Positions 53,038-63,032 of a DNA stretch of 64,000 nt are shown piece after piece (within the stretch, counting starts at the first letter, position 1; the number at the start of each line of letters is the position of its first letter). Below the pieces are notes generated by a model that searched no databases, was not told the DNA's origin, and worked only from the letters and a program-made list of their open reading frames with translations. The position numbers and the translations under genes are program-made. The stretch is taken from positions 11,339 through 75,338 of the forward strand of contig JALETB010000094.1 of assembly GCA_022781715.1 (NCBI GenBank), given 5' to 3'. Source of the stretch: Clostridiales bacterium (lineage in GTDB: Bacteria; Bacillota; Clostridia; Christensenellales; Borkfalkiaceae).

Positions 53038-55046
53038 AAAAACATATAATTTCTACAACGCTCGCTTTTCTGCTGGTGGCAGGTATTTCGTTGCTTCTGG
53101 CATTTGCGGGCAAAATTTATTTTTCGCAAGGCGAAAATCTTGATAAATTCAGAATTATGCTTGCCGTTTTTTCGGTAGTTATTCTGTTTGCCGCCTTGGG
53201 CGTGAAGCCTGCGGTTGCTATCCGACAGATGAAAACCGAAAAAACCGATGTTGCAAAAAATAACGAAGAATTGAAAAAGAAAAGCGATTTTGCCAGACGG
53301 AACAAAGAAAAGTTTTTTAAAAAAACTCTTCTGAAACGAGGTATGATAGTTCTTTATCTGTTCTTTTTGCAATTTATCATCGTCACGACCTTTTTTATTG
53401 CGTCTTTACTGATGTTTGTAAGGCCTTTTGCCATAGCAGTAGTTATTTTAACTGCCGACGCGGTGTTCTCTTGCGTAAAACATTTTTTAGTCGAAGACGA
53501 GGTTTATTATCCGGAAATTGAAATCGATGAAAACGAGTATTCCGAATTGTATTCGCTTTTAAAAGTCGTTTACGCAGCGTTCGGCATAAAGAGAGTTATT
53601 TCTTTCGTCACGTGCGATGCAGGCATTGCTTTCAGGCGAAGAAACGGCATAAATGAACTTCATATCGGCATATCTGCATATCAACTTATGTCCGACGAGG
53701 AACTTAAAGCTGCTATTTATCGTGAAATTGCTTTTGAATCGGACAAAAATCTTAAAAAATTATCACGTTATGATTTGTATATAGAGAAATTTAAACGAAT
53801 GGCGGCGAAAACTTTTCTTTCGGGAAAATCTTTTGGTTTTTTGAGGTTGCTTGAAGGTGCGTTTATTTTCGACAGAGTTTTGTTTGAGAGAGAAATTTCT
53901 TCCGCTACCGACAAAAAGATTGCGGAAACCCCGTATTCCTTACCTTACGCCCGCGCTTTCAAAAAGATGACGGTGTACGATTGTTTCGTTAACGACGAAA
54001 GATGCAATATCAACAAGCAATTGTTTTCGTCCGAACTGAGCGCCGGCTCGTACGGCGATTTTATTCTCGACGAGTTTTTTATCCATTACGGGCTTTACGG
54101 TGCTGAGTGGGAGCGTGAAATAGAACGGAGATTTTCACCCGAAATTCCTGTCGAAAGAACTTTTGCGGAGAAATTATCCGATCTGAACGTCGATTTCGAG
54201 AGGACGGAGTTAACTTTCGATAAGAGTTACGACGACGAGTATCACAGAATCATGGCAACCCTTAACGAGATTAATTTCCAATGTATCAAGGAAGAATATC
54301 GCGCAAGAAAAGAGGGTTACGAGTATATGTTGAATCAGATTGCGCGCTACGAAAATAACCGCGAAGATTTTAACGAAAGACGCGCCCTGCTCAATATTGC
54401 CGAATGTTATAAAGTCGCAGGTGATTTTGATAATGCAATCAAAATATATAATCAGTTATCCGAAAATGGCAAAGAAACTTCGGAGTTACTTTTTGAGAAA
54501 GGCGTAACGCTGTTAACGGTAAAAGACGATTCAGGAATCGATTTGCTTCTGCGTGCCACGGAAAATAAAAATTATACCGAACGCGCTTTGTCGATAATCG
54601 ATACATATCTTATCAATAGCGGAAAAAGAAGAAAATATACAGAATTTATCAAAATTAAAAACGAAAAATTGCAAAAACTTTATTCGGCTAAAAAAGATTT
54701 TGATTATAATTTCGATAACGGCTTTATCGCTACGGGAGCGGGAGAGGATTTCGTTAAATCTGTTGTTGAATTTTCTGCAAAAGACGAAAATATCGTCAAA
54801 ATTTTCATTAGTGATAACATTTCCAAAAACGGTAAACCGATAACCGTTTTAGGTTTCAATGTTAAAAACAGCGATAATTTGCCGTTATATGAAACTTATC
54901 AAAGACTGTTCAGTCTGCTGGATAACGAATTCGGACATATCGATACTTTTCTTGTTCCGCTCGACATAGAAAGAAAATTGACCAAAAAATTTCTCAAAGA
55001 AAAAACGAGCCTTAAATACGACGTGACAAAAGATACTGTTTTATAA
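53034..55046 (+). CDS. Membrane protein with M48-peptidase-like core lacking HExxH, plus C-terminal TPR-like region
   Basis: 670 aa with 4-5 N-terminal TM helices. LMSDEELKAAIYREIAFESD aligns to the M48 L..EL.AV.AHE..H block but has R and F in place of the two His. TPR-like LNIAECYKVAGDFDNAIKIYNQL. ATGA overlap with rpe. Confidence 0.5.
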   Translation: MKKHIISTTLAFLLVAGISLLLAFAGKIYFSQGENLDKFRIMLAVFSVVILFAALGVKPAVAIRQMKTEKTDVAKNNEELKKKSDFARRNKEKFFKKTLLKRGMIVLYLFFLQFIIVTTFFIASLLMFVRPFAIAVVILTADAVFSCVKHFLVEDEVYYPEIEIDENEYSELYSLLKVVYAAFGIKRVISFVTCDAGIAFRRRNGINELHIGISAYQLMSDEELKAAIYREIAFESDKNLKKLSRYDLYIEKFKRMAAKTFLSGKSFGFLRLLEGAFIFDRVLFEREISSATDKKIAETPYSLPYARAFKKMTVYDCFVNDERCNINKQLFSSELSAGSYGDFILDEFFIHYGLYGAEWEREIERRFSPEIPVERTFAEKLSDLNVDFERTELTFDKSYDDEYHRIMATLNEINFQCIKEEYRARKEGYEYMLNQIARYENNREDFNERRALLNIAECYKVAGDFDNAIKIYNQLSENGKETSELLFEKGVTLLTVKDDSGIDLLLRATENKNYTERALSIIDTYLINSGKRRKYTEFIKIKNEKLQKLYSAKKDFDYNFDNGFIATGAGEDFVKSVVEFSAKDENIVKIFISDNISKNGKPITVLGFNVKNSDNLPLYETYQRLFSLLDNEFGHIDTFLVPLDIERKLTKKFLKEKTSLKYDVTKDTVL

Positions 55047-55186
55047 TAAAACGATACGCCTTTGTAAATCGCAAAATTTTTTGTTAAAACGACAAAAACA
55101 GACTCAGAATTCGTTAATCTATCATATTTGTATGTTATACTAAATAAAAAAATATCATGCGTATGCTCGCGAAAGGAGAACAAACA

Positions 55187-56590
55187 ATGGAAAAGAAAAA
55201 ATCTGAAGGGAAAAAACTCGAAAAAGACCTTTCCTACAAAAAGGAAAATTTCTTTGTCGTTTCGAGCGATGAAAAAATCAAAGCGGCGTTCGACTACGCC
55301 GAGGACTATAAAAAATACATAGACCATTCCAAAACCGAAAGAGAAGCCGTAAAAGCATCTGTCGCGCTTTGCAAGGAGAAAGGTTATAAGGAATATCGCT
55401 TCGGCGACGAACTCAAAGCAGGGGGCAGATATTATTATAACAACAGAGGAAAGAGCCTTGCCGTTTTTAAAATCGGTACGGCAAACGTCGGAAAAGACGG
55501 AATAAGAATCCTTGCTTCTCATATCGATTCTCCGAGGCTCGATATCAAGCAAAATCCTCTTTACGAAGATTCCTCGATGGCTTTTCTTAAAACTCATTAT
55601 TACGGCGGAATCAAAAAATATCAGTGGACGGCGATTCCTCTCGCTCTTCACGGAACGGTAGCGTTGAAAAACGGCAAAACCGTCGATATAGCGATAGGCG
55701 AAGGGGAAAACGACCCCGTATTTTATGTAAACGATCTTCTTCCGCACCTTTCGAGGGAGCAGTATTCCAAAAATCTTTCGCAGGCGATCGACGGCGAAAC
55801 TCTGAACGTTCTCGTCGGCGGGCTTCCTTTTAAGGACGACGACGTCAAGGATGCTATCAAACTCACCGTTTTAAAACACCTTCACGATGACTTCGGTATG
55901 TGCGAAAGCGATTTTCTCAGCGCGGAACTCTGTGTGGTTCCTGCGTTCAATGCCCGCGATATAGGCTTTGACAGGGCTCTTATAGGCGCGTACGGTCACG
56001 ACGACAGGGTTTGTTCATATCCCGCCCTCACCGCCCTTTTGAACGAAAAAGACGACGAACACACCGTTCTCGTCGTTCTTGCCGATAAGGAAGAAATCGG
56101 AAGCGAAGGCAATACCGGCATGCAGTGCAAGGTTTATGAGGATATTATTGACATTATCGCCGCGTCGCAGAATCAGCCTTCGGCTCTCGTCCGCGCAAAC
56201 AGCGTTTGCCTTTCGGCGGACGTAACGGCGGGCTACGATCCGAATTTCGCAGGTGTTTTCGAGAAGAAAAACGCAAGCCTTGTCTCTTACGGAACGTCGA
56301 TTTGTAAATTCACGGGATCGGGCGGAAAAGGCGGCTCGAACGACGCGAGCGCGGAACTTTGCGGAAGAGTGAGAAAAATCTTCGACGACAACAAAATCGT
56401 CTGGCAGACCGCAGAACTCGGAAAGGTTGACGCGGGCGGTGGCGGCACCGTCGCGAAGTTTATCGCGAAACTCAATATCGACACGATCGATATAGGTGTT
56501 CCCGTGATTTCAATGCACGCTCCCTACGAAGTGATTTCCAAGGGCGACCTTTACAGTACTTACGAGGCGTTCGCGGCATTTATAAGATGA
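55187..56590 (+). CDS. M18 family aminopeptidase
   Basis: 467 aa from ATG 55187 (AAGGAG RBS). SHIDSPRLDIK, GHDDRVCSY, DKEEIGSEG and ISMHAPYE blocks. Confidence 0.85.
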   Translation: MEKKKSEGKKLEKDLSYKKENFFVVSSDEKIKAAFDYAEDYKKYIDHSKTEREAVKASVALCKEKGYKEYRFGDELKAGGRYYYNNRGKSLAVFKIGTANVGKDGIRILASHIDSPRLDIKQNPLYEDSSMAFLKTHYYGGIKKYQWTAIPLALHGTVALKNGKTVDIAIGEGENDPVFYVNDLLPHLSREQYSKNLSQAIDGETLNVLVGGLPFKDDDVKDAIKLTVLKHLHDDFGMCESDFLSAELCVVPAFNARDIGFDRALIGAYGHDDRVCSYPALTALLNEKDDEHTVLVVLADKEEIGSEGNTGMQCKVYEDIIDIIAASQNQPSALVRANSVCLSADVTAGYDPNFAGVFEKKNASLVSYGTSICKFTGSGGKGGSNDASAELCGRVRKIFDDNKIVWQTAELGKVDAGGGGTVAKFIAKLNIDTIDIGVPVISMHAPYEVISKGDLYSTYEAFAAFIR

Positions 56591-57066
56591 AAAAGAAAGA
56601 GTATGACGAAATAGATTACAAAGTATTCGACGATCTTTTCAACGAAATATGCTTCACGGAAAAATATCTGTCAATGAAGGAGCATCGCGCTCATTCGGAC
56701 GTTTCCACGTTCGATCACAGCGTGAGCGTTGCAAGAGAATGTTATAAATACGCGATAACGAACAATGTTGATTGTGATCTGAAAGCGCTCGTAAAGGCTG
56801 CGCTTCTTCACGATTACTACCTTTACGACTGGCATAAAACGCCGAAATTTACTTTTCACGGTTTTAAACATGCGCTTACCGCCGCCAGAAACGCCGAAAA
56901 AGATTACGGGCTTACGCCTAAAGAGAAAAACATTATCGAAAGTCATATGTTCCCCCTTAATCCCTTGCATCTGCCGAGATGTAAGGAAGCGTGGATACTT
57001 ATTCTCATGGACAGAGTGTGTTCGACAAGGGAAATATTTACTCCGAAGGATAAAAAGGCAATATGA
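56587..57066 (+). CDS. HD-domain phosphohydrolase
   Basis: 159 aa with H...HS..V and LLHDYYLYDWH motifs. ATGA overlaps on both sides. Confidence 0.7.
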   Translation: MKKKEYDEIDYKVFDDLFNEICFTEKYLSMKEHRAHSDVSTFDHSVSVARECYKYAITNNVDCDLKALVKAALLHDYYLYDWHKTPKFTFHGFKHALTAARNAEKDYGLTPKEKNIIESHMFPLNPLHLPRCKEAWILILMDRVCSTREIFTPKDKKAI

Positions 57067-58277
57067 ACGCAAAAGAAAGATTTTTGAAATACGTCAGGTA
57101 TGAAACGACGTCGGACGAGAATTCATCGTCTTGTCCGAGTACGCCGGGGCAAACCGTGCTTTTAAAGGCTCTGTGCGACGAACTCGTCGCGATGGGCGCG
57201 GTTGCCAAGCAAGACGAAAACGGCTACGTTACGGCGACTATTCCCGCAACGAAGGACGGGTTGAATAACCTCTGTTTTATCTCTCACGTCGACACTTCGC
57301 CGGCCGTAAGCGGCAAGAACGTTAACCCGAAAGAGATTCTTTGCGACGGAAACGACGTCGTTCTCGAAAACGGAACGGTTATATCTGTCAGCGAAACGCC
57401 CGAACTTGTGAATTATAAGGGCAGAGAACTCATCGTAACGGACGGAAAAACCCTTCTCGGCGCGGACGATAAAGCGGGCGTAGCGGAAATAATGACCGCG
57501 GCGGAAATTCTTCTTAAAGACAAAACCATTCCGCACGGCAATATTCTCATAGGTTTCACGCCGGACGAGGAGATCGGCAGGGGAACGGATTTGTTCGATG
57601 TAAAAGGCTTCGGTGCGGACTTCGGTTTTACCGTCGACGGCGGCGAACTCGGCGAAATCGAATACGAAAACTTTAACGCCGCTTCCGCGATTCTGACGAT
57701 AAACGGAACGAGTATTCATCCCGGCAGTGCGAAAAACAAAATGAAAAACGCGATAGATCTTTTCGCCGAGTTTCATTCGATGCTTCCCGAAAATATGCGC
57801 CCCGTAAATACCGAAGGTTACGAAGGTTTTTATATGGCGGACGAAGTTTCGGGCGGAGTTGAAAGCCTTACCGCCAAATATATAATCCGCGACCACGATA
57901 TGGAAAAGTTCGGGACGAAAAAGAGGTTTTTTGCTTCGGTTGTCGAATTTTTGAACGCGAAATACGGCGAATGCGTTTTCGTTGCGGATATTAAGGACAG
58001 TTATTATAATATGTCCGAAATCATCAGGAAGGATTATCACCTGATCGAAAATGCCGAAAAGGCGATGAAAGAGTGCGGAATCGAGCCGAAAATTATCCCC
58101 ATAAGAGGCGGAACGGATGGAGCAAGGCTTTCGTTCGAAGGTTTGCCTTGCCCGAATCTTTCCACCGGAGGGTTTAACTTTCACGGCAGAAAAGAATTCA
58201 TTCCTTCGCACGCGCTCGGCAAAATGACCGAAGTGATTTTAAAAATCATAGAAATTTATTCCGAAAAGAAGTATTGA
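57063..58277 (+). CDS. pepT: Peptidase T (tripeptide aminopeptidase, M20B)
   Basis: 404 aa with RFLKYVRYETTSDE, SHVDTSP, LGADDKAGVAEIM, TPDEEIGRG and IRGGTDGA. Confidence 0.93.
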   Translation: MNAKERFLKYVRYETTSDENSSSCPSTPGQTVLLKALCDELVAMGAVAKQDENGYVTATIPATKDGLNNLCFISHVDTSPAVSGKNVNPKEILCDGNDVVLENGTVISVSETPELVNYKGRELIVTDGKTLLGADDKAGVAEIMTAAEILLKDKTIPHGNILIGFTPDEEIGRGTDLFDVKGFGADFGFTVDGGELGEIEYENFNAASAILTINGTSIHPGSAKNKMKNAIDLFAEFHSMLPENMRPVNTEGYEGFYMADEVSGGVESLTAKYIIRDHDMEKFGTKKRFFASVVEFLNAKYGECVFVADIKDSYYNMSEIIRKDYHLIENAEKAMKECGIEPKIIPIRGGTDGARLSFEGLPCPNLSTGGFNFHGRKEFIPSHALGKMTEVILKIIEIYSEKKY

Positions 58278-58286
58278 TGGCAGTTT

Positions 58287-60077
58287 ATGTTGCTCGATAA
58301 CGTTAAAACGCCCGCGGACGTAAAAAAACTGAATATAAAAGAACTTCAGACGCTTGCGGACGAAATCAGAGGGCGTATTATCGAAGTCGTCAACAAAAAC
58401 GGCGGGCATCTTGCCTCCAATCTCGGCGTAGCCGAAATAATCGTCGCGCTGTATTATTGTTTCGATTTCCCGAAAGACAAACTTATCTTCGACGTAGGGC
58501 ATCAGTGTTACGCGCATAAGATTTTAAGCGGAAGAAACGACAGATTCGACACGATTCGTCGCGAGGGCGGTTTAAGCGGATTTCCCGATCCGTCGGAGAG
58601 CGTTTACGACGCTTTCACGGCAGGGCATGCGGGTAATTCCATATCTGCCTGCTTAGGCTATTGTGCGGCGAGAGATACTCTTAAAGAGGACTATTACGTT
58701 ATCGACGTCGTGGGCGATGCCTCGCTTTTTAACGGTGAAAACCTCGAAGCGTCGACAACCAATGAGAAAAAGCCGAAGAAGTTCATAATCATCCTGAACG
58801 ACAACGGAATGTCCATATCCAAAAACAACAACGCGCTTTATAAGATTATGTCGTCCGTGACGACGAAGAAAACATACGGGCGATTTATGGACTTCTTTTC
58901 GCGTACGATAGGTAACTGTTTTATCGGAAAAGGGCTGAAAGGCTTCAAAAGGTGGATTAAACGAAGCATTAACGGTCTTTCCGTTATAGATTCGCTCGGT
59001 TTTAAGTACGTCGGGATTTTCAACGGAAATAAAATGAGCGAACTTGTACGGATTCTCAACAACGTCAAAAACTCCGACAGGGGAGTGATTCTGCACCTGA
59101 AGACGGTAAAAGGCAAAGGACTTGCCGACGCGGAAAATCATGCGGAAATCTACCACGGCGTGGGAGAAAACCTTAAAGTCAACGAGTGTACTTTTTCTGA
59201 CGCCGTTGGTAAAATTCTCACCGAAGCGGCGCAAAAAGACGATAAAATAACCGCAATTTGTGCGGCAATGAAAGACGGAACGGGTCTGAAACCTTTTGCC
59301 GAGGCTTTTCCAGAGAGATTTTACGACGCCGGGATAGCCGAAGAATATGCCGTCACTTTTGCCGCGGGGCAGGCGAAAGGCGGTTTAAAACCGGTTGTCT
59401 GCATTTATTCCACGTTTTTGCAAAGGGCTTACGACCAGATCATGCAGGACGTGTGCATTCAGAACCTGCCTGTGATTTTCATGGTCGACCGGGCGGGCGT
59501 TGTCGGGAACGACGGCGTTACGCATCAGGGGCTGTTCGATTTGTCGTATCTGAGAATGATACCGAACATGAAAGTTTTCGCGCCTAAAGACGTAGAAGAA
59601 TTGAAGGATATTTTCGGATATTGCCTTAAATTATCGTCGCCTTGCGCGATCAGATTCCCGAACGGCTCGCACGCTCTTTTCGACGAGCATATACCGATTT
59701 CGGAAAAACTTTGGGAATACGGCGAAAATATCGAAGAAAACGTGCTTTTATGCGTCGGTCCGAGAACGCTCCGATTGGCGGAACAGGCGGCAAATATTAC
59801 GGATAAAAAAATTACGATCGTAAATTGTCGGAGCGTGAAACCGCTCGACGAAGATTTTCTGACAAAACTCGGAGGGAAAAACGTCGTTACGCTCGAAGAA
59901 AACGTTGCAAGCGGAGGCTTCGGCAGCGCGGTGGCGGAATTTTTCGCAGAGCATAGCATCGACGCAAAACTTAAAATTTATGCGTTTCCGGATATGTTCA
60001 TAAAGCATGCCGAAACGCAAAATCAGACGGAAAACGCGGGTTTCACACCCGAAAATATTGTGGCTGATCTGAAATAA
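58287..60077 (+). CDS. dxs: 1-deoxy-D-xylulose-5-phosphate synthase
   Basis: 596 aa with GGHLASNLGVAE, DVGHQCYAHKILSGR, the GDAS..NG TPP motif, GIAEEYAVTFAAG and DRAGVVGNDGVTHQG. Confidence 0.94.
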   Translation: MLLDNVKTPADVKKLNIKELQTLADEIRGRIIEVVNKNGGHLASNLGVAEIIVALYYCFDFPKDKLIFDVGHQCYAHKILSGRNDRFDTIRREGGLSGFPDPSESVYDAFTAGHAGNSISACLGYCAARDTLKEDYYVIDVVGDASLFNGENLEASTTNEKKPKKFIIILNDNGMSISKNNNALYKIMSSVTTKKTYGRFMDFFSRTIGNCFIGKGLKGFKRWIKRSINGLSVIDSLGFKYVGIFNGNKMSELVRILNNVKNSDRGVILHLKTVKGKGLADAENHAEIYHGVGENLKVNECTFSDAVGKILTEAAQKDDKITAICAAMKDGTGLKPFAEAFPERFYDAGIAEEYAVTFAAGQAKGGLKPVVCIYSTFLQRAYDQIMQDVCIQNLPVIFMVDRAGVVGNDGVTHQGLFDLSYLRMIPNMKVFAPKDVEELKDIFGYCLKLSSPCAIRFPNGSHALFDEHIPISEKLWEYGENIEENVLLCVGPRTLRLAEQAANITDKKITIVNCRSVKPLDEDFLTKLGGKNVVTLEENVASGGFGSAVAEFFAEHSIDAKLKIYAFPDMFIKHAETQNQTENAGFTPENIVADLK

Positions 60078-60091
60078 AATACAAAATATCG

Positions 60092-60141
60092 GCGCGGGAA
60101 GCGAATTTTCTTAAAAAAATCGTTCCCCGCGCTTTATTTTT
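60092..60141 (+). terminator. Intrinsic terminator after dxs
   Basis: GCGCGGGAA... pairs with ...TTCCCCGCGC in an imperfect long hairpin, followed by TTTATTTTT. Confidence 0.65.
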
Positions 60142-60152
60142 ACCGAAATAGA

Positions 60153-60181
60153 TTGACTTTATAGAAAATATAAGTTAAAAT
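60153..60181 (+). promoter_or_regulatory. Sigma-A promoter of rny
   Basis: TTGACT (60153-60158), 17 nt, TAAAAT (60176-60181). Confidence 0.5.
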
Positions 60182-60249
60182 ATAATAAGTATATTGCCGA
60201 GAATACGGAAATTTTCGGTTTTTACTTAATAAATTATGGGAGGTAGTGT

Positions 60250-61854
60250 ATGAACTACTACATTCACTCCCTGCTTTTATTGTCAGACGGTCCGTGGGTA
60301 GGCATCGTTGCGGCTTGCGTCGTTGTTTTCGGCGTTGTGGGATTTTTCATCGGAAGAGCAGTTTCCGAAAAAATCAGAAAAGCCAAAATCGAAACAGCCG
60401 AAGCGGTTATAGCGAAAATGAAAGAGGACGCCGAGCAGGAATGCAAGGCAATCAAAAAAGAGGCTATACTCGAAGCAAAAGAGCAGGAGATTAAACTTCG
60501 TAACGATTTTGAACGCGATACGAGGGAAAAGAAAGCGGAATTACAAAGGGCAGAACAAAGACTTAACCAGAAAGAAGAACTTCTTAACAAGAGGGACGCA
60601 AGTCTTTTAAAACAGAAAGAAGAACTCGAACAACAGAAAAAGGATCTCGACAGAAAGGTTGCCTCGATTCAGGCAAAACAGGAAAAAATCGACCAACAGT
60701 ACGAGAGCGTCGTTCAGAAACTGGAAGAGATCTCCGGTCTTTCCAAGGAAGAGGCTAAAAAGCAACTCACCGAAATCATTCTCGACGATACGAGAAAGGA
60801 CGTCGCGATGCAGGTCCGCAGTATGGAACAGGAGGCTAAGGACGAAGCAGATAAAAAGGCTAAAGATATCATAAGCCTTGCGATTCAGAAGTGCTGTACC
60901 GACCACGCTTCCGAAATCACAGTATCCGTCGTTCCGCTTCCGAGCGACGATATGAAGGCTCGTATCATCGGAAGAGAGGGAAGAAACATCAGAGCGCTCG
61001 AAAACGCTACTGGTATAGAATTAATCATCGACGATACGCCCGAAGTTGTAATTCTTTCGGGTTTTGACCCGGTCAGAAGAGAAATCGCGAGAATTTCGCT
61101 TGAAAAACTTATCGCCGACGGAAGAATTCACCCGGCGAGAATCGAAGAAACGGTCGAAAAAGTCAAAAAAGAACTCGACATTCAGATCAAGGAAGCCGGC
61201 GAGGCGGCTATGTTCGAAGTCGGTCTTTTCGGGATTCACCCCGAACTTATCAAATTACTCGGCAGACTTAAATACAGAACCAGTTACGGACAGAACGTTT
61301 TACAGCATTCGCTCGAAGTTTCGCATCTTGCCGGTCTTATGGCAGCGGAACTCGGCGTCGACGTAAATCTCGCAAAACGCGGCGGTTTACTGCACGATAT
61401 CGGTAAGGCTGTTGATTTCGAGGTCGAAGGCACGCATATTCAGATCGGCGTAGACCTTGCGAAGAAGTACAAAGAAAACAAAAACGTCATCAACTGTATT
61501 CAGGCTCACCACGGCGACGTAGAACCTAAGTGCATAGAGGCGGTGCTTGTTCAGGCGGCAGACGCAATCTCCGGCGCAAGACCGGGCGCAAGGCGCGAAA
61601 CAAGCACGAACTATATCAAGAGACTCGAACAACTTGAAACTATCTCTTCGCAGTTCAAAGGCGTTGAAAAAGCGTTTGCGATTCAGGCGGGCAGAGAAGT
61701 CAGAGTTATGGTCAAACCCGACCAGATCGACGATAATCAGGCGATGTTCCTTGCAAAGGATATCGCTAAGAAGATCGAAAGCGAACTCGAATATCCCGGT
61801 CAGATCAAGGTTAACGTCATAAGAGAATGGCGTTGCGTTGAATACGCGAAATAA
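60250..61854 (+). CDS. rny: Ribonuclease Y
   Basis: 534 aa with an N-terminal TM helix, a long coiled coil, KH ([13 protein letters not shown]) and HD (LLHDIGKA) domains. Confidence 0.96.
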   Translation: MNYYIHSLLLLSDGPWVGIVAACVVVFGVVGFFIGRAVSEKIRKAKIETAEAVIAKMKEDAEQECKAIKKEAILEAKEQEIKLRNDFERDTREKKAELQRAEQRLNQKEELLNKRDASLLKQKEELEQQKKDLDRKVASIQAKQEKIDQQYESVVQKLEEISGLSKEEAKKQLTEIILDDTRKDVAMQVRSMEQEAKDEADKKAKDIISLAIQKCCTDHASEITVSVVPLPSDDMKARIIGREGRNIRALENATGIELIIDDTPEVVILSGFDPVRREIARISLEKLIADGRIHPARIEETVEKVKKELDIQIKEAGEAAMFEVGLFGIHPELIKLLGRLKYRTSYGQNVLQHSLEVSHLAGLMAAELGVDVNLAKRGGLLHDIGKAVDFEVEGTHIQIGVDLAKKYKENKNVINCIQAHHGDVEPKCIEAVLVQAADAISGARPGARRETSTNYIKRLEQLETISSQFKGVEKAFAIQAGREVRVMVKPDQIDDNQAMFLAKDIAKKIESELEYPGQIKVNVIREWRCVEYAK

Positions 61855-61928
61855 TACAAAATAAAAAATTAAGCCGTTGCGGATAATCCCGTAGCGGCTT
61901 TCGTTCTGTATTTCGTCTTAGTTCATAG

Positions 61929-61958
61929 AAAAACCACCTGCAAACGCGGGTGGTTTTT
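61929..61958. terminator. Bidirectional terminator between rny and the XRE gene
   Basis: AAAAACCACCTGC-AAAC-GCGGGTGGTTTTT. Confidence 0.8.
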
Positions 61959-61969
61959 CGGTTTGAAAA

Positions 61970-62161
61970 TCAATAATCCGTAAGTTCGAGTATATAGTCA
62001 ACGGAAACGTCGTATAGTTTTGCGAGAACTATAAGGGCGCGGATGGGAATCTCACGCTTTTCGTTTTCGTATTGAGAATATGTGTTTTGTCTGATATTAA
62101 GTATATCGGCAACGTATTGTTGCGTATATTTGTTTTCCTCGCGTAATTCTTTTAATCTCAT
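61970..62161 (-). CDS. XRE-family helix-turn-helix transcriptional regulator (63 aa)
   Basis: MRLKELREENKYTQQYVADILNIRQNTYSQYENEKREIPIRALIVLAKLYDVSVDYIL is a classic Cro/CI-type HTH. Confidence 0.88.
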   Translation of the reverse strand: MRLKELREENKYTQQYVADILNIRQNTYSQYENEKREIPIRALIVLAKLYDVSVDYILELTDY

Positions 62162-62224
62162 ATCTCAAAATATATAGACATATTATTTTTTTATTATAAA
62201 ATCTCAAAACGAGATAATTATTAT

Positions 62225-62253
62225 TTGACATATATCTCATTATGTGATATTAT
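62225..62253 (+). promoter_or_regulatory. Sigma-A promoter (extended -10) of the 79-aa ORF, within the XRE divergent region
   Basis: TTGACA (62225-62230), 17 nt, TGaTATTAT (62245-62253). Short palindromes ATCTC-N5-GAGAT (62201-62215) and ATATC-N9-GATAT (62232-62250) lie in or next to it. Confidence 0.5.
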
Positions 62254-62303
62254 GATTATAAATTTACGAATTTTCGGGAAATTTTCAAAAGAGGGAGAGA
62301 AAA

Positions 62304-62543
62304 ATGGCTGTTGAAAAATCAAACAACATGTTCGACTGGTGCGATAAAATCGCGAGGGCAAAAACAAATTACAGCGACGCGGAATGTCTTGAAATTCTTA
62401 AGAAACGCGTGGCGGGGATAGGAGGAATCGATCAGGGGTTTTATAATAAAGTATCTTCGGCGACGATGAAAGACGTGACTTTCGATAACAGATTCGCGCC
62501 CGTATATCTTCTCACGATAAAAGCGACTAACTTCCTTGCATAA
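62304..62543 (+). CDS. Hypothetical protein (79 aa), divergent from the XRE regulator
   Basis: GAGGGAGAG RBS, ATG 62304, terminator downstream. I recognise no motif. Confidence 0.5.
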   Translation: MAVEKSNNMFDWCDKIARAKTNYSDAECLEILKKRVAGIGGIDQGFYNKVSSATMKDVTFDNRFAPVYLLTIKATNFLA

Positions 62544-62592
62544 CGAATCCCGTTAAATACCTCAAAGCAAACAAAACAAAATAATTGAAAAG

Positions 62593-62615
62593 ACCGCCTT
62601 CGGGCGGTTTTTTTA
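62593..62615 (+). terminator. Intrinsic terminator
   Basis: ACCGCC-TTCG-GGCGGT followed by T7. Confidence 0.85.
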
Positions 62616-62707
62616 TTGCCGTATTATCTAAAAATCTCTATAATCCGACATTTGTTCGCAAAATATTCGTATCCCCTTATGTTACAATTTTTTTCGTGAG
62701 GTGAACT

Positions 62708-63016
62708 ATGGAAATAAAATACGCGCAATCGAAAGGTAAACTTTACATATATCTGAACGGAGAACTCGACGAATACACGGCGGGCAGGGCGAAATCGGAA
62801 ATCGAAAACGCCATCGCCTCGTCCGGAAACATAAAATGCGTCGTTTTCAATTTCGCCAATACCTCGTTTATGGACAGTACGGGAATCGGCGTTCTGCTCG
62901 GGCGATATAAAACTCTGAAAAAAGTCGGAATACCGATTTACATTCAGAATCCGAGCGTGAGTATAAACAAGATATTGCAGATATCCGGATTATATGAAAT
63001 AATGCCTAAAATTTAA
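62708..63016 (+). CDS. spoIIAA: Anti-sigma-F factor antagonist (STAS domain)
   Basis: 102 aa with the phosphorylatable-Ser motif FMDSTGIGVLLG. First gene of the spoIIAA-spoIIAB-sigF triad. Confidence 0.92.
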   Translation: MEIKYAQSKGKLYIYLNGELDEYTAGRAKSEIENAIASSGNIKCVVFNFANTSFMDSTGIGVLLGRYKTLKKVGIPIYIQNPSVSINKILQISGLYEIMPKI

Positions 63017-63032
63017 AACGGAGCAGAAAATT

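Noticed and set aside
62620-62707. Sigma-H promoter and Spo0A boxes upstream of spoIIAA.
   Set aside because: I found only degenerate 0A-box-like heptamers (TCCGACA at 62644-62650, TTCGCAA at 62655-62661). There is no GAAT -10 on the + strand. This is not enough to call a site.
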